A DNA stretch of 64,000 nt, from positions 62,001 through 126,000 of the forward strand of contig JAQGDQ010000505.1 of the NCBI GenBank assembly GCA_030141605.1. The letters are read 5' to 3'. Source of the DNA: Tubiluchus corallicola (taxonomy: Eukaryota; Animalia; Priapulida). The position numbers were made by a program, and so were the translations under genes. The number at the start of each line of letters is the position of its first letter. Within the stretch, counting starts at the first letter, position 1. This document shows positions 11,901 to 23,819 of the stretch, in pieces. The notes below the pieces were generated by a model that saw nothing but the letters and a program-made list of their open reading frames with translations, did no database searches and had not been told where the DNA came from.

Positions 11901-14900
11901 GCAAGATTTATTCAGTTTTTGTATTTTTCCATTTGCCAGGCTATGGAAATGGAATAAATTTAACTGTTCCATTCCATAGACTACCCTTATATTGAAAGCC
12001 CGAGTCACATAAGTCCCAATGGTATCTTGCAAAATGGTTTAACCAGCAACTTATAGTCGTAAGCGTTGTGCATTTCTTCCTATAAACTAAACTAGACAAT
12101 ATATTTCCATTAATTCACTTGCAATTTCGTTTGACAATAACAAAATCTAGAACAAGGAAGATATTTCTCGGCCGGCTGATGTACGAATTCAAATAATGCA
12201 TTAGAGATCAATGTTTTATTATTATAAAAAAGCAATGGATTTATCGCAAATATAATTTAAATCCAACTCTTGGCGTGGCTTATCTTAATTACCGATGAAT
12301 TAATACCAAAACACCAAAATGATCCCATACGTGTGACTAATGTTGCCTATTTGTGTATTTAATTTTGAATTGACTGTTTTCTCATTCAAAAATCTCTGAA
12401 GTTTAGTATGTCTACCAGCACACGCACAATCTGACCACGACTCTACGATGCGTTTGCCATATTTCAAACAGTGATTTCATCATCATCATATGCCCGTTAT
12501 GTCAATTGTAGACATTGGGCAGGCAGAAACCAAAAATAAAAAAAATCTGCCTTCAAGACAGCAGTAATCCAGCGAAAACTAGACACTGCTATGTCAGCGA
12601 AAATCTGCTATGTCGCGAAAATCTTCACAGCCGGCAATATATGTTGGCTAGCTCGACTCCCATCACTGAGTGGCTCGCGCAACTAAAGCTGTGTGTAGGA
12701 ATAAAGCAGCTGGAGCTCAGCTGAAACAGCACAGCTCTGGCATCTACTTATTAATTTTAACTTTACCTCGGCAACTATGTTCAGCGTGTCATCCGTAATC
12801 AGACAAGCCATTTCAATTATTTGGTCTTTTGCTTCGTTTAATCCAGTCATCTGCAAAACAAAACATAACCTCATGATAGTATATAAGATAGTAAGTATAT
12901 CAAATCTAAAAAAACTGGGAGGGCAAGCTGGGCCCCATTACTGAATGTACATATACTTTGTCAGAACATTTACTTTGTTGTGTTTGTTTAGTTTAACTGA
13001 AGCTGTGGTAAAGAGCTATTTTTAATACGCCAAACTTTTAATTACTGTCTGAAAAAGCAATATCCACATTTCAAGTGTTAAACATTTATTCTGCTTGTTT
13101 CGGTTTTTGACTAGCATTTTACTGTATGCACATTTGATTGCACTTTAATACATACTTTGTTGCTTTATTTTGGAAGATACATTGGTTTAGTGGCTTAGTT
13201 TTATAAAATTATCACACATTTATTATTTATTTACACTTATCCTCCTCTCAATTTATGATACATGCGTAATTGGACAGGACATGCTCAATAAGATAGTAAG
13301 ACCTAGAAAAAATATGTTTGTTTTTGGTTGCCAGCCGATTACACCATCTTATGTGCAACTCAATTTATTTCTTATGTATATCAAAATGTAATTTTACATT
13401 TGCTTGCCAAATGCTGCTTGTTGACCAGCTTAATGTTCTGTACAGCTGTTTCTATTACACAAACACTGAATGACCAGTGCTCACCTAGGCAAACTTGTAA
13501 CTTAATACCCTAGTAGGTATCAGATACCTGCAGCTATCAGTCACCAGTGCAGCCTGCACAGTGTGACTCATAATGGAACACTCTGACAGTAATCATTAAG
13601 TACAATCACAATATAGCCAGCTGTAAAGTGCAGCCATGAGTGGTTATTTGATCCAATTATGTCAAAAAGAAAATGAATTGTTTCGTCTAATGATATACAA
13701 CAAAGTCGGCTTGTAAAGTGTAGCCATAAGTCGCTATTTGGGCCAATTACGTCAAAAAGAAGATGAACTGTTTTGCCTAGTGAAAATATTTAAGTAGAAA
13801 TTTAGAATTTGTGTCTAGGTAAGATCAATAGTTAAATTTGGAAAGAGGAAGGTTCTGAAAAAATGTGAGTCAGTCAGGATTCGAAGCTAGAACCCTGTAG
13901 TTTCAGGCCATAGTTAAAGTAAACGTAAAGTAAAAGTGAGTTTGGGACTCTGTACTGCCAGGCAGCATGCAATCTGGCAGACATGGTTTCATAACTAGCA
14001 TTTTTCCAAGTGACTAACAAATGCAACTTGTTGAAGTCATGAACATCAGAAACTGATTCAAATATGCAATGCAAAAACTAACTTTATTTTATCAATCTAG
14101 TAAAGCTAAGTTTACCAAATACAAATTCATTTTGTAAGTTAGTACTACTAATAAAAAAATGTAGTAAAAGTAAAAAAATGAGATGTAAAAATAAAATAAG
14201 TAAACGATAAAGTTTTGTAATATTAAGAACTTACTATTTGCACTGTAAACAAAGAGCACTAACATTCATCATTAGGGGTGCACCAAATGCACATTTTCAT
14301 CAACCAAATCAAAGCCAATTTTTTATTCTTGGGCACCACTAAACCGAAGCTTAACCGAAAGATTGGCCACGCTGCCGACCCAAATTCCGAATAAGATATC
14401 ACGTTAAACTGGAATGCTGGACCTAAGGTGAACCAAACCTCATATAGAAACTGCACCAAATTTTCTTGTAACTCCAATTCAAAAGAATTATGAATTCTGT
14501 AGTTTTATAGTTTTAAATTAGTGGTGATTGGAAAGCAGTGTACAAATGTTCTAATTACTAAATATATTACTACTGTTATTGGTTAATGTCATGTAGTAAA
14601 GTATTAAGTATTTTAAATGCAGCCCCAACTCCTTCAAAAGGTATTCAAACTGTTTTGTGTAATCAATAAAAACAGCATTTAAGCAAAACTGTAATATTAA
14701 AATTGTTTACTAGCTTGAATTCTCATTGATTTATTTTATCATGCATAAGCAAATACAGCATCGCCACGCTATTGCGCATTCACACGACTTGTGTATTGAC
14801 AACGCATCGCATTCTTCGAGTTCAGAAACAGAAAGCAAAATGCCGGCTGTTGTGCCATGTTCGCTGTTTACAGTCAGAATCTTTTGGATAAATTTTTACA

Positions 14901-16526
14901 AGCATTATACAGAAATATTAGGTGTGTTTAACATAATTTTCACTGAAATTGACAATTATTCAAAAAGACCTTTGATATACCGAAGTTTCCCTGAACTTTT
15001 ATCAATTCCAACAGAAGTTTACCGGACCAGAGTTTCAAACTGACATTAGGGGAAAAAATTCAGTGATCCGAATATTTTGCATCCCTTTTCATCATACAGT
15101 GAATTTGAATAAACTGGTAATCAGAGTGGTAATGGAGAAAGGTGTTGCTGCTACAACAACATGTCTATATTTATCTCTTATTTAGTTATATATGCATCAA
15201 TATTTTAAATAGAAAATCACACCATTAAAAAATTATTCATGAGAAAAAAATGGTGAACTCATTGAAATAAGATGTGGTAATCTGGTTAAAAATCTGATAA
15301 AATCAACCAACATTGTCACGTGACAATAAAATAAAATCCCCACCTACCCATAGTGTAATGTAGCAACAAATCGGAAACAAACATATGTGTGCTTGCATAC
15401 CAAAACCGTCCATAAGTTGGCATAGCTAAAACTACTTTACGATGCTTCAAAGGAGAATGTACCAAAAATTTGGTCAAATGTCAATTTTTCATATTTTATA
15501 AAAATCAACACTAAATTTATTGGACTTTTATATTATTATATTATGGCATCAAATTATCACGAAAGTGTTTAAAAAACACTAAAAATTTAATTTTATAACT
15601 CCTTACCCACTTTCCTTAGAAACTAATACTGCAATTATAAAGAAACTCCTATTTTCAAACTCTAGTAGCAGTTCGTGGAAGCTGTTATTTCGCTTTACGA
15701 TTTTTCTGTTGCAAAGCCCAGATCTTTGTCTGGAAGTGCCAACTACTGGATTTAAACTTAACTTCAATGCGCTCTTGCAAAGTCTGTAGCAACCAACATT
15801 TGCGCGGTTGATAAGTGTTTTTTTTTTCAGAAACGCGACAAAAAACACTGGCTGACTTTAACAGCGATTGTCTCGAAGGTTATGTTTTTCAGTGCATAAC
15901 CTGCACCTCACTTTCAATGTGGGTTATCTCAACTTAGAAATAACATAGAGCGATAAGCTTGTCATCAAAATAATCCTCACGCAATGAAGATTCAGGGTAT
16001 GTAAATAATTAGAAAACATTAATTGCCTACTTATGAACGTTTTTGCTATGCAAACGCTCATATATATTTGGAACCTAATAATAATATAAAAAATTATACT
16101 TGGTTCTATTATTGAGTCAAATACTGGTTCGACTCATTGACAATTATGGTCTTTCGCTATCATATTTCCATTACGATATTCAAATAATTTACACCTTTCA
16201 TTTGCGTATGCGGAAATAAACGCAAGTTTGAATTGAATTGAACTTACAGACTATGATGTATTGTCAAAAATTTAACAAAATCGAACAAAATAAGTCTTTT
16301 TCGTTATAGTGTCCAATCAACAATTTCCCATATCATGCTTCACAGATAAATAGAATAGGAAGGCAAACTCTGCAAAGTAGACAAAATAATTGATTCGTAC
16401 CTCCAAATCTACCCACACTATTCGTTCTGAACCAGGTGGGTATGAAATAAAATTACTATTGCACGACATTCTTGCACGTTGAGCAATAAACTTTGTTATG
16501 CCAGCACGAAAATATTGGAAAATCAT
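5922..16526 (-). CDS. REXO2: Oligoribonuclease (REXO2/Orn, DEDDh 3'-5' exonuclease), spliced gene with 6 coding exons
   Basis: Joined exons 16401-16526, 12767-12850, 11443-11520, 10403-10626, 9562-9657 and 5922-5955 give the Orn motifs [64 protein letters not shown] and [19 protein letters not shown]. All introns are GT-AG with matching phases. The start ATG could be 16589, 16526 or 16469. Confidence 0.95.
7241..9361 (-). mobile_element. Non-autonomous LTR retrotransposon (TRIM/LARD-like, probably Gypsy-dependent)
   Basis: LTRs at 7241-7590 and 9012-9361 (350 bp, TG..CA, 2 differences). TSD ATAT at 7237-7240 and 9362-9365. Minus-strand PBS TGGTGCACATAAGTGGGAT at 8992-9010 and PPT GAGGAGGGGGTAG at 7591-7603. 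The 1.42-kb interior has no gag/pol ORF. Confidence 0.93.
8545..8692. repeat. 45-bp tandem repeat x3 inside the LTR element
   Basis: GTGTTCTGGCATCCTAGCCATTACGGAACACTAAACT occurs three times at a 45-bp period. Confidence 0.9.
9562..9657 (-). CDS. REXO2: REXO2 exon 5 ([31 protein letters not shown])
   Basis: 96 nt, phase 2-2; contains the ExoIII HRALND motif. Confidence 0.93.
10403..10626 (-). CDS. REXO2: REXO2 exon 4 (SGLTKAV...VKELAR)
   Basis: 224 nt, TTTCAG| acceptor and AG|GTAAGC donor. Confidence 0.95.
11312..11375. repeat. Near-perfect 64-bp palindrome/hairpin in REXO2 intron 3
   Basis: ATAATTATTGAATCAGAAT-TC-AGCTATATA-TAAG-TATATAGCT-AC-ATTCTGATTCAATAATTAT. Confidence 0.85.
11443..11520 (-). 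CDS. REXO2: REXO2 exon 3 ([26 protein letters not shown])
   Basis: 78 nt, TTCCAG| acceptor and |GTAAGA donor; absent from the ORF track. Confidence 0.95.
12478..12620 (-). mobile_element. Retroposon 3' end with (GAT)n tail; second copy at 63590-63720
   Basis: CATCATCATCATA(T/C)GCCCGT...TGTAGACATTGGGCAGGCA...AATCTGCCTTCA...CAGCAGTAATCCAGC...ACTAGACACTGCT is shared by both loci. Confidence 0.65.
12767..12850 (-). CDS. REXO2: REXO2 exon 2 ([28 protein letters not shown])
   Basis: 84 nt, TTGCAG| acceptor and |GTAAAG donor. Confidence 0.95.
13621..13783. repeat. Diverged 90-bp tandem duplication
   Basis: TGTAAAGTG(C/T)AGCCAT...CCAATTA(T/C)GTCAAAAAGAA...ATGAA at 13621 and 13711. Confidence 0.8.
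14273..15087. mobile_element. Non-autonomous hAT-type DNA transposon
   Basis: Termini TAGGGGTGCA / TGCATCCCTT with a perfect 8-bp TSD TTCATCAT (14265-14272 and 15088-15095); ACCGAA-type subterminal motifs. Confidence 0.8.
15376..16050 (-). mobile_element. Dispersed repeat family copy 1 (probable non-autonomous DNA transposon), inverted relative to the copies at ~50300 and ~62210
   Basis: ACATATGTGTGCTTGCATACCAAAACCGTCCATAAGTTGGCATAGC... is the reverse complement of 62870-62920, and similarity continues for several hundred bp. Confidence 0.7.
16401..16526 (-). CDS. REXO2: REXO2 exon 1 (MIFQYFRAG...ERIVWVDLE)
   Basis: Contains the start of the ExoI motif WVDLE; donor GAG|GTACGA. Confidence 0.85.
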
Positions 16527-16986
16527 AACATAACCGGCAACAGCAATTTCAACAAATCCGCCATGCAAGCATGGCAAGTTGTGCGGCATCTATCGACAGG
16601 TTTTGAAAACCAAAGCACGTCTTGTGCATAGTGATCAATAATAATTACTATTATTTTGTTTTCTTTAAGAATATTATGGCTTGTTCACTATATCGAGTTA
16701 TCTGTCGCGAGTTCTCTTTCTCCGGTAGTAAACTCGTCAAGTGTGAACTGCTTTGCGAGTACCTGTTGGCAAGAATTTGTAAACTCTCTGATTGTTGTTG
16801 CGAGTGACATGCAAATGTGTTAATCTAGACACGCATGAACGACTGCTTTGTCTGATACCCATGAATTTCAACTTGCACAATTTTTGAATATCGCTCTTTC
16901 CAAACAAATTTTCCTCGATGAGATTTACCCAATTAAAAGCTTGAATTTTTGTTGCAGACTTCATGGAAACGTGATACTGTAGTCAT

Positions 16987-17334
16987 TAGAGGGTGAACGT
17001 CCGAAATCGAATCGAACCAGTTTTTTAATTTGAATGTGTATCGAACCTAAAATTGTGAATTCCAATAACTCACCACTCGAACTACATACGTTTTTTATCA
17101 TTAAAGCGTTTGAAACAGTATGCAAGCAGCAAAATGTGGCGCTATTTCAGTGTAGTAAACAAATTCTTATTGTTTTTACTGCAGAGCAAAATTAAGCAAT
17201 ATGCATTACTTTTTATTAATCATTAAAAAATCTTTAAAAGTGAATTCAAATTCGAATTAGATTCGAGATCTTGAAATTCGGTTTGATTCGAGTTCAAATG
17301 TCGAAATTTTGATTCGATTCGAATTCACTTTCTG
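16987..17334. mobile_element. Degenerate hAT-like MITE with TCGAA subterminal repeats
   Basis: TAGAGGGTGAA...CGAATCGAA / TTCGATTCGAATTCACTTTCTG; the TSD is only partly conserved (GTAGTCAT/GTAGAGAA). Confidence 0.55.
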
Positions 17335-17849
17335 GTAGAGAATGATCGCCCTTACAAGACACAGTGCACTCCTAGGGCAAGTATGGCATAAGTGACAGAC
17401 TAGTGACTTTAATAAGTGACAGTCTAGACTGGGTGTTGTGCACTCATCAGTGATACCCAGACTACCTCACTGTAATATAATATCCTTAATAATTAGCGCC
17501 AGTAGCTTAAAAGCTGCTCCTTCATTAAGCCTCGTATAACACTCATGTAAGAACGCAATCGGAAACGAATTTGAACTTTTTAGTTGGAAGGTGTCACTGT
17601 GTGGTTGCTGTCGGCTTACGTGTAGAAGCTGGCTCCCTTACCATGGTGAGTTGAGTGACTGTGTCTCCACATAAGCCTGATCCAGCTTTATAATCTCCAC
17701 ATTGGCCTAATTCAACCAGGTGCTGTACACGTAAGATGCACTTAGTCATTAAAAATCCGTGTTATTAGGACAATAGATTCATATTTTTAAATAATATTGA
17801 AAATTTCTTCCCCTGCGTTCTCTGCAATACCAGATGACAGTAATAAATT

Positions 17850-18250
17850 TGTCTTTATGATCGAGTAGTCAAGACATCGAATTATGTAAGATTATTGTAG
17901 CTTTTCTAGAAGCCTTTCAGACTAGGGATTATTTACTGTCTATATAAAATCTAGATACAACAATTGTGTAAAGACTTATTAATACTACTTTACGTAACAT
18001 TTCTGTGATAACAATTTTTAATACTTGTATTATTATAATTAATTGTTATTTGTTCTGTAGGTTCGAGCCACAACATTTCTTCGTGGGCGGACTTTTGTCT
18101 CTAGTAAAAGTCCCTTTAACTGTAGTTTAATACAACTGTCTTGTTTATTTGTTTATACGTAGTAATTGTGGTTCAATAAACACAACAAACACGCGCACAC
18201 ACACGCACAGGCGCACGCGCGCACACACATACGGTACACACACGCGCATG
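17850..18250 (+). mobile_element. LINE-like 3' end (stem-loop, AATAAA, simple-repeat tail)
   Basis: GGACTTTT-GTCTCTAGT-AAAAGTCC hairpin at ~18089-18113, AATAAA at 18175, then a (CA/CG)n tail. Confidence 0.45.
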
Positions 18251-18305
18251 AGACGTAGTAATTAATCGAGTATTCCAGGCTGATCCCTACCGTGTAGTAT
18301 TAGCG

Positions 18306-18307
<2 letters not shown>

Positions 18308-18364
<57 letters not shown>
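18308..18364. repeat. (AT)n microsatellite
   Basis: Uninterrupted TA run. Confidence 0.97.
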
Positions 18365-18370
<6 letters not shown>

Positions 18371-20029
18371 ATGCGTAAATTGGTATACTAGGAATTGCGT
18401 GATAGCTCTTTCACACAATAGAATTTTCTAGAGAATTAGGTCCTCCTAGAGAACACTCACGCGAAAAACTATAAACTATAAACCTTTAACTATAGACATA
18501 ACACGCCACTATTAAAGTAGTGCGCAGATGTATGGAATGTTCATAGGTCGACAACGCCACAAGAAAACTGAAGTACTTACAATTTGCTGACCATTTAAGA
18601 AATTGGTTCTCCAAGAAATTACGCGAAGCAAACTTTTGAACTTTAATCGTGGCAGTTTTGTAAAAAATATTTCTTTATTATTTTCCTTTTCAAAATATCA
18701 TCGGAGGTCACAGTATTAGTGACCCAGACTGAACTCCGTGGGTTAACAAAATCTTGTTCATGTTACACCAGTTCTGTTTTGTTGCGTAGACCTTCAGAGT
18801 TCATGCAAGTACTGAAGGTAGGAATGTTCGAGATTCCGAACGGGATCGAGGCTCAGATCAAGATTATTGGTTCAGGATTGCAGTCCGGGGTGAGTTTTCG
18901 AGATATTTCCAGGTTCGGGATCAAATGGTCAGGAAGGGGGTTCGGGTCGGGACCAAAGCTTCGTGAACGGGGTTCCTGAGCCTGATACATTACAACGAAA
19001 TTAGTTCAGCCAGTCTTTAATCGTTGCCGTGCGTAGAATCCTGGACGAAAAAAATTTAGTCTAGACTATGAACATCTACTCAAACACACACTCTGGTAGG
19101 GAGCCAGTTATAAATGTATTAATTACTCTGCCATTCTGTGAATAATAGAGCAGTTGTTTGCTGTAAAGTAGTAGCAATCTATTTATTATTTATTCGGTAC
19201 TGATATGCGCAAATCTCAGCCGTGATGCCGCATTTGTCCACTTGCTCAGTTTGTCAAAATTGATAAGGTCTAACTGAATGCTAACAAATTTCTTGTTTAC
19301 GGGTCCATTAGTATTTCCCACTGACTGTCGCTGCCAATTAGTTAATCTAACCTAATTTCAATGCCCAGAAAGCAGTTCATTGGCACAGTGAATTGCTAAC
19401 TCACAGACTTGTTTGAAAACTCAATTACTGTTTTGTATTGTACGCCGTATTACAAACTATCTAGTGCTGTTGCATCCAGCCTGTAAATTACAGACAACCT
19501 GTAATAATTAAATTTTATTGTGAAGTCAGCAAAATTGTTAACATTCTCGTTCCGAAACAAAATTAGAATTGTGTAGTGCGTGCAGTGTCCTGTCAACTCG
19601 CCAGTTGTCGGAATGGGCTTGTAAATTACAATGTCATACTATAGCTACTGTGCGGCACGCGGTCTCTTTGTCAAGGGCACAGGTAACACAGATAAGCTCG
19701 AGCCAACAGATTCGGTGGCGATACGGTCTTACCTTATGTCCAAAAACTGGTTAGTCAAAGAAAACATGGAGACATTAGTTGACATACGAATCGAGATTTT
19801 TGCCATTTCCCTCAGCCTTATAGTTTAAATGTGAAAACATGCCGGAGCCTAATCTTAGTAAATCTATTATTCAACTCGTTATGGCCGCTTACTATGGAAG
19901 GCGGGGGAACAGGAACTTATTCTTGGGATAATGCGGGGCGTAGAGGGACGCTTAAGCTGCTACACAGTTACTTCCCAAAAGATTTTATTCTGTGCGTGTA
20001 TTCTCCTTACAAATACTTTTATTGCTGAT

Positions 20030-20210
20030 CCCTCAAGCGTTATCATGCATTAACAGAGAAAAACGTAATGCCCTTTATAGTCTCAAAGATTATAGGATCA
20101 AAGATTAGTCTCAAAGACTTTATAGTCTCAAAGATTCTATGATCTTTGAGACTGTCAAGGGCATAACGTTTTTCTGTCTTGATGATGACAAGTTTCAGGA
20201 GAGCTCTCTC
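20030..20210. mobile_element. Palindromic MITE-like element; related half copy at ~26710-26780
   Basis: AGAAAAACGTAATGCCCTTTATAGTCTCAAAGAT ... ATCTTTGAGACTGTCAAGGGCATAACGTTTTTCT, with internally reiterated AGTCTCAAAGA. Confidence 0.65.
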
Positions 20211-21415
20211 GTATTATCATACATTCGACTGTAAAACATTGTAAGCATTTTTCTTAAAGAACAAGTTTGTCATTTGTAAATCTTAGCTTCAGCAGAAATC
20301 ATACTAATCTTCAACAACATGATAATACTTTCCTGGTTGTTCTAGCAGTTTTATTTCGTTTTTCAATAATATGAAATCGGGGCATAACAGGAGCCCAGAG
20401 GGCAGCAAGGTTGAGCAACGAAAGATATTGACAAGTAATTACAATTGAACGCTTCAAAAACCACATAGATGTAGGTCCATAGAAACTGCGCTATATGCAT
20501 AAGTTTGTATTTAATAATAGTCAACTTAAAAAGAGTAAAATAACTGGTGTGTTGCCCTACATGAGTGCCTTGCAAAAATTACACAAAGCATCACAATAAT
20601 ATAAAATTCACAAGAAAATTATTCGCCGTTGTTCACCTCGTGAGAAAGTTCTAACAAAAAAAGCAGCACCAGCTTGACTAAAACCTAGCAACAGATGCGG
20701 AAGATTTGTTTGCCTTGTTTTCTAACTGTTGTCCCGCTTTGCCCCGACTTACATACAATTTTTTTTAAGTAATGCGAAGTATATATATAATATCTTATAC
20801 ATAATATGTCAATATCTGTACTTGGTTCTAGATTATTATATACCATAACATATACGCACATATTCTATATTGCACGCTTTCAAGAAAATGCTAATATAGC
20901 AATTATATTGGTATTTTTCTGATAATAATACATATACATGTCAGTTCTACTCAATAGAAAAATCTGGAGCACCAAACGAAGAATTTTTTACCCTTTTCAA
21001 TTTTTCCACTGTTTTCAAAATGTTTTCTCGGTTTTGAGAATTCGTAACTGATGACGATAAAGAATTTTAAGAAAAACTTTAAATGATCCCGGGCCTTTAA
21101 AAAGTCTTTTCACGTCGATAGAAAATTTTGTTTTTTATAAATTTATAACAGTCTATAACTGGGCAACTCAGGCTTCTTGTTTGAAGTGAAAGCAGACAGT
21201 GGTAAATAGCAGCCCCTCATCATCTTTTGTTGACTCCAAAACGGATTCCTTTTAGTCGGCGGTCTCCGGGCGCCAGATTCTGCATTCTGGCTGTGTCATC
21301 CAGGTATTTATTTAACAAACCAATCAGTTCGCCTGCGTTCACGTACTTATTCAAAATAGGTCCTGAAAAAAGAAGATAAGATAATACAACATAATGATAC
21401 CGTGTTAAATCATGG

Positions 21416-21720
21416 TCACTTGGGCAGTGGATAGTTGGTCATTGAACATTTGGTAGCGTGTCGTAAAAGGGCAGTAAAGACCGTAAACTGGCTAAAATGA
21501 CTACTTCCAACTCCACCCTTTTGTCCACTACTTTAGTGCCACTGCCCAAGTGTTCAATTATTCACTTCCCAATGCATAAATGTTCCATCCTCCACTGCCC
21601 ACTGCACAAAGGTCCAATCGTCCACTTCCTAATGCATAAATGTTCCATCCTCCACTACCCAATGCACAAAGGTTCAGTCGTCCACTGCCCAATGCACAAA
21701 TGTCCACAGCCCAAATGGCA
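21416..21720. repeat. Foldback-like MITE with ~30-bp subrepeats (CCACTGCCCAATGCACAAATG...)
   Basis: About 6 diverged 30-bp units at 21530-21720; an inverted copy CACTTGGGCAGTGG at 21417. Confidence 0.7.
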
Positions 21721-22430
21721 TTGTGTTTATTGAGAAAAACATACAATTATCGCAAAAGCAACAAACACAGAAACAAGTTCGATTCCAACTATTGGTCGAG
21801 TTGATCACTAAACTCGAGATTAGGATCAAAACTTGTCTTAATATATTCGTACTCAGATTTACGTTTACGTTTAATTTGTTCACTAAACGTCGTCAATGCC
21901 GCAATCTTGAATTCAAGATGACAAATCAAATCAAGATGGCTTCTCAGTCGATGCAGATTCCGTTCTACCGTGTTATTATAAAGTTTTATGACGATCTGTG
22001 GTAATTTGGCGGATTCTTATGCTTCTTAGGATTAGTAGGATGAAAAACCACATTTTTTGCCATTTAGCAATTCTGTTATAAGACAACGTAATTAAGACGA
22101 ACTCTCCGTGATTCTTCCCGTTGTTTTTCAACAGAATAAGTACATTGTTAGTACCAACCATGCTACCTTGTAGTTCTATATATTGTTGGGTCAGGCGTGG
22201 GACATCCTTTGCACACCGTGCTCTAAAGCTAGAAACGACCCTCCCCTTCCTAGTATATTCACTTGTGTTATTTAAACCTATACGTAACGCGAGAAGCCTG
22301 TTAACCTGGAATATCAGTTTAAAAGTGCGTAGAGGTCACTACAGCCTTGCTTTAGGAGCTTCATCCTAATATTATATTAGGATGTTATTATAAGCTCGAG
22401 CAATCTTAAAGTTTGACTCGTTTCCTAGTC

Positions 22431-22798
22431 GAATAAGCCTTTCAACAGTTGCTGTAGGTCAAAGGTTAACTGTATCACAGCAATGCGTCTTAACTACAAC
22501 CGTCACGTGACGTGGGTAACGCAAAGCATTAGTTCAGTAACTTCAGTTGTTTTACGTGGACTTCAATTAATTTTGCATTAGTCTGTAATTGAGTAATTAC
22601 GCATAGAGTAATTTACTAGCAGGATCTTGCTTGAGAACAAGAAACTAGGTAAAGTTCTACCTAGCTGTTAAAACTGTTACTATTACAATAGCATAGGCTG
22701 CGAGGATTGGCAAGTGCACACAAATTTGTTGTTTGGTACATTTAACCTTTGACCTTTAGCGGTGATGATCAATGCCTGAACTGTGAAAAGGCTTATTC
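22431..22798. mobile_element. MITE with terminal inverted repeats
   Basis: GAATAAGCCTTTCAACAGTT...AGGTCAAAGGTTAA / TTAACCTTTGACCT...AACTGTGAAAAGGCTTATTC. Confidence 0.75.
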
Positions 22799-23466
22799 AC
22801 TTCACTTAACATAACACTAAAACGATTTCAGGATGACAGTTTGAATCTGTTTCGCGTTCAGTTTATCTAATCACCAGTACTGTTGATTTACCTTAAGGCG
22901 GCACAGGGTCGATCTTCTATTCCGCCTACATACATGCAACCACTATACAATCATTAACTGAATACATTTAACTACGTCTATTTGACCGATTTACTCTCTT
23001 TTTCTGTCTTAAATAAACTCGTCTTCCTCCCTCTTCTGTTTGCAAAATTCACAAACAAAACGGAAGAAAACAAAACGACCTAGGCTCACGCATGCAATCC
23101 CCTGGTAATTCTGCTAATTAATGTGTACTCAAGTGTAGAGCACTTTGAATAATTGATGTACGCTTTAATGACTTGGTAGTAAGAAGTGAGCAGAAAGCTG
23201 GTGGTAATCCTACAAAATGACGTAAGTAGTGATTACCATCTCTAGTGACTGACTTTGGTGGTACGTTTAGACGCTTCTTTGTAGACTTAGACTACTTTCA
23301 GACCTCAAGGACAAATCCTGCGCAAGATGACGCAACGTAATACAGTTACGTGGGGATTATCGAAGGAACAGGCCATTAAACAACACACCTTTACAATGTA
23401 AAATGTTAAATACTTTACGTGTTATCACTCGGTGACCGTGCGTAATTTTATTAAACTACAGTAGTC

Positions 23467-23690
23467 ATGATCATCGTCATTATCATCGTCATCATTATCA
23501 TCATCAACATCATCGACTACAAGAGCAACAGCAGCAGAAGCAGCAGCAGCAGCAACAACAGCAGCAGCAACAACAACAACAACAACTACAATGACGACAA
23601 CAACAACAACAACAACAACAACTACAATGACGACAACAACAATGACGACAACAACATTATCATCATCATCGTCATCATCAACAATATTAT
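23467..23690. repeat. Compound trinucleotide microsatellite (CAT/AGC/AAC)
   Basis: Seen directly; explains the low-complexity ORF 23467-23766. Confidence 0.9.
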
Positions 23691-23819
23691 AATTATAAAA
23701 TATCTGCCCAGCTACAAACTGTTTGGACAGTCAGTCATTCTAGTGTATGAACAGTTAGTCAATTAAGAGATTTTTGTATTGCGCGTTACTTTATTATTGC
23801 TATTATTTTACCTCTACAA

